64,000 nucleotides of DNA from Rhizaria sp. SCN 62-66 (taxonomy: Eukaryota). The translations under genes were made by a program, and so were the position numbers. The notes beneath the pieces are model-generated. The model was not told the origin of the DNA, did not search any database, and worked only from the letters and a program-made list of their open reading frames with translations. The stretch covers positions 124,001 through 188,000 of the forward strand of contig MEDY01000014.1 in assembly GCA_001724265.1 (NCBI GenBank). Direction: 5' to 3'. Within the stretch, counting starts at the first letter, position 1, and every line of letters begins with the position of its first letter. Below, in pieces: positions 21,827 to 30,400 of this stretch.

Positions 21827-23002
21827 ATGCGCTTCGGTGCTCTCTTGCTTGCGCTGGTCCCGCTCGCCCTCGCTGGCTGGGACGTCTTCTGCGGCGACAT
21901 GTCCTGCCCCAACGTCGGCGTTGACATCACCTGCTCTCGTCCGGACCACTGCTACCTCGCGGGCGGCTACTCCAGCTCTATGATGGGCGTGTACGAGACC
22001 AACGATTTCGTCAACTGGGAGGAGTCGATCATGAAGGGCTTCACTCCCATGGTTATGACCATCGCCGCTTCCACCGCCGGCCCCGTCGCCGCGGGCGGCA
22101 TGGGCGCGGGCAACTACTCCGCCATCCTTGCCGCTGTCGACGGCAAGACTTTCTACAACGCTAAGGTGCCCGACGTCATCAGTGGCCAGGATATCAAGGC
22201 CATCCGCAACAACGCAACTTCCGCGTCCCGCGCCGCGTTCGCCTTCGTCGGCTCCAACTTCCTCACCGGCGTTGACTCCCTCTACCTCTCCAACGACGGC
22301 GCGCGCTCTTTCGCGCGCGTTGAGCTCGGCTCGCGCAACCTCGCCCGCTACGGCGCCTACCCCACCGAGTCCACCTTCTTTATCACCCTCGGCACTTGGC
22401 CGACGTCGGTCAAGCAGCGCGCCGCGGACACGCTGAACCACTGCCTGCGCAAGTCGCAGCATATCTGTGTCCCCGCGGGCGACCTCACCATGGCGCAGGT
22501 GCGCGCGCACAACGCCGCCGTGACCAGCGCCAACGGCGGCTACGTCGGCCAGATCCTCCGCTCCAGCAACGGCGGCAAGACTTTCGAGACTATGTTCTCC
22601 ACCAACGAGTACTACTTTAACGACATTGCGTGCTCGTCGGCCACGACCTGCATCGCCGTCGGCGAGAACCTCCACACGTCGATGATCATGCGCACCGAGG
22701 ACGCTGGCGCGACCTGGACCGAGGTTTTCCGCCAGGAGTCGCAGATCCTCACCTCTCTCTTCCGCATCCGCCTCGCCGCGGACGGAAAGACTGCGTTCGC
22801 TGCGGGCGGCAACGCCGACAACACCGGCCTCCAGGGCTTTATCTACGGCTCCACCGACGGCGGCCGCACGTGGGCCGTTGCGCACAAGCAGCCCGGCGTT
22901 GCCATCTTCCTCGGTTTGTCAATCTCTGACGACGGTACCTATGGCGCCGCGATCGGTTCCACAGACCGTCAGACCACTTACGTTCTGCGCTACTCCGCGT
23001 AA
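21827..23002 (+). CDS. Secreted BNR/Asp-box beta-propeller protein (YCF48/sialidase/sortilin-like fold), about 391 aa
   Basis: Signal peptide MRFGALLLALVPLALA and four Asp-boxes: SNDGARSF, SSNGGKTF, TEDAGATW and STDGGRTW. The second ATG is preferred because it begins the signal peptide and follows the acceptor-like TAG at 21811-21813. Confidence 0.75.
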   Translation: MRFGALLLALVPLALAGWDVFCGDMSCPNVGVDITCSRPDHCYLAGGYSSSMMGVYETNDFVNWEESIMKGFTPMVMTIAASTAGPVAAGGMGAGNYSAILAAVDGKTFYNAKVPDVISGQDIKAIRNNATSASRAAFAFVGSNFLTGVDSLYLSNDGARSFARVELGSRNLARYGAYPTESTFFITLGTWPTSVKQRAADTLNHCLRKSQHICVPAGDLTMAQVRAHNAAVTSANGGYVGQILRSSNGGKTFETMFSTNEYYFNDIACSSATTCIAVGENLHTSMIMRTEDAGATWTEVFRQESQILTSLFRIRLAADGKTAFAAGGNADNTGLQGFIYGSTDGGRTWAVAHKQPGVAIFLGLSISDDGTYGAAIGSTDRQTTYVLRYSA

Positions 23003-23532
23003 GTCAACAACGGCGCGCAGTGCGACTGTGTGACGATCAGCTAACAGCGTGAGTGAGCGCTGGGTGCTGGTCAATCTGTGTGATAACTGCTTTTTATGCT
23101 GGGAGAGGCGCTGTTTGTGTACAGTTTGAAACCTGCTGCCTCTCAGGTAACGTGTTAACAGTAAGAACTCTCTTGCGAGTCTCTGCAGGTGCAAGTGTAC
23201 AGCCAATTCGTGATATAGTACCACCAGGACTCCCTTTTCAACGTGAATACACCCCTCTTAAACTTTATTTCACTTCAGTAGCCTCGCGACTGTTGATATC
23301 ATGATTACCATGCTGAGATGACGCTGAGTGGTGGTGAGTGGCATGCAGTTGTAAAACGAGATTTGAATGTAGTGTTTGACATGCAGAGACCGTTGTTGTG
23401 AGTGCTTTTCAATGATAGAGTAAATCAATGTCAAAAATTAATTTTCTGGAAATTATGCATCTAGAAAAGTTCTCTATCATGTTCTCACAACAAATTTCAA
23501 ACGTTGCTTCAACCACTTCATTGTAGACTCTG

Positions 23533-24780
23533 ATGTTGTCTGCGAAGTTGGGCTCCCGCGCCCGCTGCGCGGCTTCCCGCCTCTCCGCGCCGCTTTTGCG
23601 CGCGTCCCTGCGCCAGTACACCCCCGAGGTGAGCGCCGCCGACTTTTCGGCCTCGCACAAGGCCCCTACGCGCCCGATGGACGTGCTTTTCTTCGGCACG
23701 TCTGAGTTCGCCGTGCCGATCCTCCGTGCGCTTGCAGCGGCGCGCGAGGGCCCCGCGCGGCCCGGCGCGACACACCCGCTTGTTGGCCGGCTTGAGATTG
23801 TTGTCCCGCCTAAACGCGCGCAGTCTAAGTCCGGCCAGGACGTGCCGATGGTTCTTGCAGCGCGCGAGCTCGACCTCCCGCTTCACTACGTCACCAAGGG
23901 CACCAACTTCCGCATGGAGGGATGGGACTTGCCAGCGGACGCGCCGCGCGACGTGGGCGTGACGGCCTCCTTCGGCCACATGATCCCCCCGCGCGTGATC
24001 GAGCAGTTCAGCATGGGCATGATCAACGCCCACGGCTCGCTGCTCCCGCTTCTCAAGGGCGCGTCGCCGATCCAGACCTCGCTGCTTAAGGGCCTGCAGG
24101 AGACGGGTGTGACGACGACGACGCTGCACCCCACCTCCATCGACTCGGGCCGCGTGCTCCGCGCCACGCCCTGGCCCATCCCGGCCGACGCGACGTACCC
24201 CCAGGTCGTCGCCGCGCTCGCCGACGTCGCCGCCGCCGACACACTGGCCGTGCTGCGGGACTGGGACGCCACGCTGCTGCGCTCGCAGGAGCAGGGCGAG
24301 ATCATCGCACGCGACGGCGCCCCGCCCACGGCGCTCCGGCGCGCGCCCAAGCTGTCCCCAATTGCTGGCCGCGTCGATTTCGCTGCTCTGTCGGCCGTGG
24401 AAGCGGCCCGCGTCTGGCGCGCGCTTGCGACGTACCGTCACGTCACCTCCCGCATCGGCGCGCGGCGCGTGATTCTCTCGGGCGTGACCGTGGCCGCGGA
24501 GACGGACGCCGCTGCGCTGGCGCTGCCGGAGACCGCAGCGGCGCGCGCGCTAGTGAGCGAGGGCAGCGCGGCTGGCACGGCGGCGTACGACGCGGCGACG
24601 CAGCAGATCGTCGTGCGGTGCCGCGAGGGCGTGGTGGCCGTGGCAGAGCTGCAGTATGAGTGCAAGCCCGTGGTGAGCGCGCACAAGTTTGCCATGGGGC
24701 TGGGGATTATGAAGCCGGGCCGCAGGGATCGTTTCACGGCTGAGACAGATGAGCCTGCGGACGCGGACGCCGCGGCGTGA
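23533..24780 (+). CDS. MTFMT: Mitochondrial methionyl-tRNA formyltransferase
   Basis: Arg-rich presequence, VLFFGTSEFAVPIL, VTASFGHMIP, INAHGSLLP..KGASPIQ, ETGVT, IDSG and APKL. The catalytic Asn, His and Asp are present. Confidence 0.92.
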   Translation: MLSAKLGSRARCAASRLSAPLLRASLRQYTPEVSAADFSASHKAPTRPMDVLFFGTSEFAVPILRALAAAREGPARPGATHPLVGRLEIVVPPKRAQSKSGQDVPMVLAARELDLPLHYVTKGTNFRMEGWDLPADAPRDVGVTASFGHMIPPRVIEQFSMGMINAHGSLLPLLKGASPIQTSLLKGLQETGVTTTTLHPTSIDSGRVLRATPWPIPADATYPQVVAALADVAAADTLAVLRDWDATLLRSQEQGEIIARDGAPPTALRRAPKLSPIAGRVDFAALSAVEAARVWRALATYRHVTSRIGARRVILSGVTVAAETDAAALALPETAAARALVSEGSAAGTAAYDAATQQIVVRCREGVVAVAELQYECKPVVSAHKFAMGLGIMKPGRRDRFTAETDEPADADAAA

Positions 24781-25337
24781 AGAGTCATGACAGGCGACTG
24801 AAGAGTATGATTGAGTGTGAGAGTGTTTATATCAACAGCGATGGGCCAAGTGACCGTAATTACATTGTACATTGTTGTAAATGGAATACACAGTGTTTTG
24901 TTGTGATTCACCAAACTTCAGCTGATTTGGTAATGCTTCAAAATGTCAGTTTGGAACATATCTTGGTCAACAGACTGGCGTAGGATTGAAAGATACCGAA
25001 TGTATTTAAAATTAGTAAATCCGATAAAATAGTGATTGAGAAAAAGAGAGTGATACAAGAGTGAGACCTAAGAAAGGGACCGATCCCACAGGTAGTTGTT
25101 GTCAAATGCGAGTGCGAGTAAACATTGTGTTGAACGACATCAGAGCGATTGTTCCAACCCACACTGTAATGATTAATGCATACATGTACATGTCCGACGA
25201 AGTCACGAATATTGGGGACGACAACGACACAGCGTAAGCGTCTGAGCTCGCGCGGCGCACAGCTTAATTAAATTCTAGAGCGTCGTTGTTTAAACTTCGT
25301 TGTGAAAGCTTCATTGTTTAAGCTTCGTTGTTTGAGC

Positions 25338-26885
25338 TTAGTTCTTGATGTAGCCCATCGCGCGGCCAATGGCGAGCTCCTTGCGCCACCACGCAATGTT
25401 GTACGCAGCGAGCGAGTCAGCCGCGTTGGCAGCCGTGAGCGCAACGAAGTACCCGAGCTTGTTCTTGGAGTCGAACAGGAACGACGACGCGGCCAGCGCG
25501 GCCTCACCGGGGAGCTGCGTGCCGTCCGCCTGCGTGGTCGCGACGCCGGCCCAGGCGACGCCGTTGACGAGCGTGATGCCGCGTTCGGCGTCGACCTCGA
25601 GGCCCGCGATGGTGAAGCGGCCACCCGGGTAGGCCGGCTCGTGCACGCGCTTCATGAGCTCCGCGGGCAGCGCGGGGGACGCCGCCGACCCGGAGACGTG
25701 GTAGACGAGCTGCAGGGCCGAGTCCGAGGACAGCGCGAGCCCGCGCGCGGAGGCCAGCGCGGGGGCGACGCCGCAGACCGCGTCGGGGTTCGGCAGCACG
25801 GTGTGCGTGACGCCGTTGGAGAACGTATGGCCCGCGGGCTCGGAAATGGTGTTGAGCTCCCACTTCTTGAACCGGTCCTGGCCGGGGCAGCCGAAGACGT
25901 GGTGACGGCCGCCCAGAGCGCGCAGCACGCTCACCGCCTGGGCCTCGTAGTTGTAACCCGACACGCGGTCGACGATGGCGCCGAGCGCGACGTAGCCGGC
26001 GTCGGAGACAGCCTCATGCTCGCCCGCCTTGCCCAGCGGGGCCATCTTGAACGCCTCGGCGATGTACGCCGTGCGCTGGTTCTTGCCGTCGTCCTCGGAG
26101 CTGATGGGCTTGGCGGGGAACGCGCTCTCGTCGGCAATGCGCGAGGGCAGGCCGGAGCGATGGGTCAGCAGGTGCGTCACGGTGACGTCGGCGTACGCAG
26201 CGGGCACCTCGGGCAGAAGCGTGGAGATCTTGGCGTCGAGCGAGAGCTTGCCGTCCGCGACGAGGCGGAGAACGGTCAGCGCAGTGACGAGCTGAGTGCC
26301 GCCGCCGCCGACGCGGACCATTCCTTCAAGGCCGAGCGCCGAGGAGTAGTACGGCCGCGGGTCGTCGGTGCCGAGCTTGCCGGCGCCGCCAGAGCCGTGG
26401 CCGGAGTAGGTCACGCGGGCGTAGTTGCCGCCGGACGCGCCGGTCAGGGAAACCAGGGAGTCAAGGTGGTAGATTTGCACGGGGTCGCTCTCGGTGGGCA
26501 ACAGGCACTTCTTGTCACCGAGGCAGGGGCGAAGCTGCACGTGGTAGGAGATCTTACCTTCCTCCGACACGAAGTGCATCTCGGCGTCGAGCAAGTTGAT
26601 GTCGATCGCCGACGGGCGGGGGCGGTAAGTGCCCGTGAAAGTGAGGCTGCGAGAGGGCACCTCAAAGGTCCAGTCGGTCTCGAGACGAGTGACCTTGGTC
26701 ATGGGATAGTTCTCGGGGGCAAGTCCCGCAGCCTGCTCAGAGTACACGTTGTTGACGAAGTCGAGCGAAATGAGAGTGGACGAAGTCGTGCCATCCGCAC
26801 CAAAGACGCCGTTCCACATCTCAGTGCCGGCGGCAACCGCACCAACGCACATGGCAGCACAGAGCACAGCAAAAAGCAAACGCAT
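25338..26885 (-). CDS. Secreted beta-lactamase/PBP-like serine-hydrolase-fold protein, catalytic motifs degenerate
   Basis: Signal peptide MRLLFAVLCAAMCVGAVAA. Family scaffold motifs TALTVLRLVADGKLSLDAKISTLLP, VTVTHLLTHRSGLP and GYVALGAIVDRVSG. About 170 aa of unassigned sequence precede the domain. Confidence 0.75.
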   Translation of the reverse strand: MRLLFAVLCAAMCVGAVAAGTEMWNGVFGADGTTSSTLISLDFVNNVYSEQAAGLAPENYPMTKVTRLETDWTFEVPSRSLTFTGTYRPRPSAIDINLLDAEMHFVSEEGKISYHVQLRPCLGDKKCLLPTESDPVQIYHLDSLVSLTGASGGNYARVTYSGHGSGGAGKLGTDDPRPYYSSALGLEGMVRVGGGGTQLVTALTVLRLVADGKLSLDAKISTLLPEVPAAYADVTVTHLLTHRSGLPSRIADESAFPAKPISSEDDGKNQRTAYIAEAFKMAPLGKAGEHEAVSDAGYVALGAIVDRVSGYNYEAQAVSVLRALGGRHHVFGCPGQDRFKKWELNTISEPAGHTFSNGVTHTVLPNPDAVCGVAPALASARGLALSSDSALQLVYHVSGSAASPALPAELMKRVHEPAYPGGRFTIAGLEVDAERGITLVNGVAWAGVATTQADGTQLPGEAALAASSFLFDSKNKLGYFVALTAANAADSLAAYNIAWWRKELAIGRAMGYIKN

Positions 26886-27424
26886 CGTTCTTGTCCTTTG
26901 TTGTCAGGTGGGTAAAAGACAGTTTTGTCAAGAGAGATGCGGTGAGAGCGACAGGAAGACGGAGTGGACAAAAGTAGAAAATTCGGGGTGAGAATACGTG
27001 AGTGAATTCAAGTTGTACGCGGGTGTGATTGTATAAACAAATAACATTTATCACAGTTCTACATAGCCAGCCGCGTATTACTAAGCTTAGCGGATGGCTT
27101 GTGGCACATAATCAACGTTTGATAAAACGACACGACACACCACGTCGCTTTGCGATCGCGCATCTCGGGCTGGAGGGAGGAGTGTAAAGTATCCAACAAA
27201 CCACGCGAAATGACTGGATAGTTGCATGTTTTCGTTCCATACGCAAATTATAACTTGAACACAACAAAATAGAAATGGACAGACATAGAGGCAGTTTCTT
27301 GTACTTGAATAGTTCTGTATGTATGGCCAGAGCACAACTTTTAAAAAAGCACTAGCCCCACAGAGCACAAGCCATACTCGTTAGTTTATATTCTCGAATG
27401 AGATTGACAACTGCACAGCACCAC

Positions 27425-30400
27425 TCACTCATCTCCACCGTCGTCCACCACCACAATATTGTCGTCAATCACCACGACAGCCTCGTTGTCACTGCCACTG
27501 TCACTGTCGCCGTCGCCGGTGTTGTTTTCGTTGTCGTTGTTACCAAGGCGTGAAGCCACCGCTGCCGCACGACGCTGCGTGAGCCAGTGCCCACCGGCCT
27601 GCGTCTTCGAAGCGCTCTTCTTGTTGCCATCGTCTTCACCATCGTCGCCGTCGTCGTCATCGTCGTCGGCAATGACGCGCCGACCACCGCGCTTGGACAC
27701 AACAATCTCCTCAATCTCGCTGCCACTGCCGCTGTCGCTGCCGCCGCCGCCGCCACCGCGCTGTGCGTACCGCTGTGCGCGCGACAGCGGCGCGGGCGGC
27801 GACGGACGGTGCCGGAGACCGCGCCTGCGGCCGCCGCGCCCTTCCTCGTCCTCTTCGTCGTCGTCGTCATCGTCACCACTGCTGGAGCTCGAGCCGCCAC
27901 TGTGCGACACCTCAGCATCGCGCCCGCGCCCGCGCCCGCGGCGACTGCGCCTCGCGCCCGCATCGCCGTCGCTGCTGTCATCGGCGTACGACACAGCCGC
28001 GCGCTGCCGCAGATGCCGCCCGCCCGCGGTGCGCGCGCGCTTCGACGAACGCCCAATATCATCGTCGTCATCGTCGTCATCATCGTCGTCGTCGTTATCG
28101 TCGCTGTCGCCGCCGCGCCCGCGCTCGCGGCCGGAGCCGCCGCGCGCGCTGCTGCTGCGCATGGACCCGCCCCACGATGGCGGCAGCCCCAGTTGCCTCT
28201 TGAGCCGGTCGGCGCGCTTCTGTGCAACTTGGTCCGCCACGGCGGCGTCACGCGCGTGGCTCAGTGCGACGCGCAGAGCCGCCAGCAGAGCGGCGTAGAA
28301 GGGCGGAAACAGACCCGCGGCCTCGGCGGCGGCGTCGGCGGCGGCACCAGAGAGAGTAGACAGCAGAACAGTTAGCGCAGGCTTCTCATGGTCTTCGTCA
28401 TCATCATTACTGCCATTGTCGTCGATCTCGTCGTCGTCGTCGTCGTTAGCGGCAGAGATCTTCTTGTTGTTGCTGGTGTCTTCAGCGTTCTTGGAGTCCT
28501 TGACACTAGTCTCACTCTTATCATCATCATTGTCATTGCTGCTGCTGCTTGTGCTGGTACTGCTGTTGCCGATGGTATCAACCTTGTCCTTGTCGTCATC
28601 GTTACCATCATCGCCGGCCTTCTTATCATTCTCCTCAGCCTTATCCTCCGCAAGCTTCACGTTCGCAGCGGCAAGAGCATCATCGCCAGTGGTGCTCTTC
28701 GCGACTAAAAAACGCTTAAGCCACGCCGCAGACGCACCGCTCGCTGCAGCCGCGCTCGCCGCGTTCGCACTCGCGTTGAACGCACTGGCGCTCGCACTAA
28801 TACTGCTTGTGCTTGCAAAGGAGCTGCCGAAGGTCACGGCGGTGGGGAGCTTCGCGTCCGCTGTCGCAGCGGCCCCGTTCTTGCCATTGCCCTTGCCCTT
28901 GGCAGCAGAGTCATCGGCAGTCTTCCCCTTGGCCGCGTCCCCAGCTTGCTTCGCCTGGGCGCCGCGCTTGCCGCCGCGGCCCTTGTCCGCCGCCGCCGCC
29001 ACGGCCGCCGCCGCACGCGCCGCCTCCCTGCGCCGGTGCTCGACCCACGCCGCCTTGCGCCGCGGCTCGCGCTCCAGCTCCGCGAGCACGCGCTCCAGGC
29101 CGTCAGCCGAGCGCGCGAGCGGGCGGAACGAGTACCGCGGCTCGAAGCGCGCGCCCCAAGTCGCCGCCGCGGCGGCGGCGGCCGGCGCGAGCGGGTGGTC
29201 CACGCGCGCCGCCGCTTCAGGGGCGGGGCCGGCGGAGAGAGAGTACCGCGCGGCGGCGTCGCCAGATGCAGCAGCTGTGGAGGGACGCTTGCGGGCGCGG
29301 CGCTTGGTGGCGGGCGGGGCGGCTTCGCTGTCGCTACTGAGAGTAATCGCGTTGGCGGCGTCGTCGTCCGCGGCCTTCACTGCAGCAGCAGCCGCCGCGT
29401 CCGCGTGGTCGTCCTTGCCGTTACTAAAGTTGTCAGTCATGGCTGCACCAGCGCCAGCAGTGGTCGCGGACGGCTCGAGCATGACGTCCGTGGCAGCAGC
29501 GGCGGTCTCAGACTTGACCTCCTTGGTCTTCGTATCAGGACCATCGCTCTTGATGTTGTTTTTAGCAGCGTCAGTGGATGTGGAACTAGAGTCGATCTCG
29601 GCCTTGATGGATTTGTCATCGTCAGTCATCTTCTCGAGCTTGACGATAAATTCCGTCGCACTCGCCACCGCCGCCGTGGCCGCCGCAGCACGCGCCTCAA
29701 CCTTTAGAGCGTCCGCCACAGTCATACCAGTCGCAGATGCGGCAGCATTGCGCTGCAGCCAGGGGAGGCCGCCGACACGCGCGCCGTCCTCCGCGCCCGA
29801 GCTCGCGCCGTCGAGGTCCTGGTCTTCGTCCTCGCTGGCCGCCGGAGCCGCGGCCGCGACCAGCACGGTCGCCGCGGGGCCAAACATCCGCGCCAGGAAG
29901 CTCTCCGTGCGCGCGACGTTGCTCGCGGCGACCGCGGGCTTGGTCGACTTCGCGTCGCCGCCGGCTGCCTTGGCAGCCTTGGCGGCCTTGGCGTTCACTT
30001 TGTCTTCGGCAGCGCGTGCCTTGATCGCCTTGGCCTCGGCGCGCTCGGCGGCGGCGGCGGCCTTGGCAGCGGCGGCCTCGGCACGCGCGGTGACTTTGGC
30101 CTCCGCCTTGGCGCGCGCCTCGGCCGCCGCAGCGCCGCGCTCGCCGCGCTGGACCACGGGGCGCGGGGCGAGCGCGCTTTGACTGCCGCCGATGTAGGCG
30201 CCGCCCGAGGAGATCTCGCGGACATCCCTAGGAAGGACGGAGTTAACCACGCTAATGCCGTCGTCGTCGTCGTCATTGTCAGTGTCAGCGTCACCGACAG
30301 TGTCGTCGCCGCTGCAGACCGCTGCGGTAGCGGCGTCTGCGGTCGTTGTATCGACGGCAACGGGGGCGACGGGCACGAGTTCGTTATCCACGCGTTCGCA

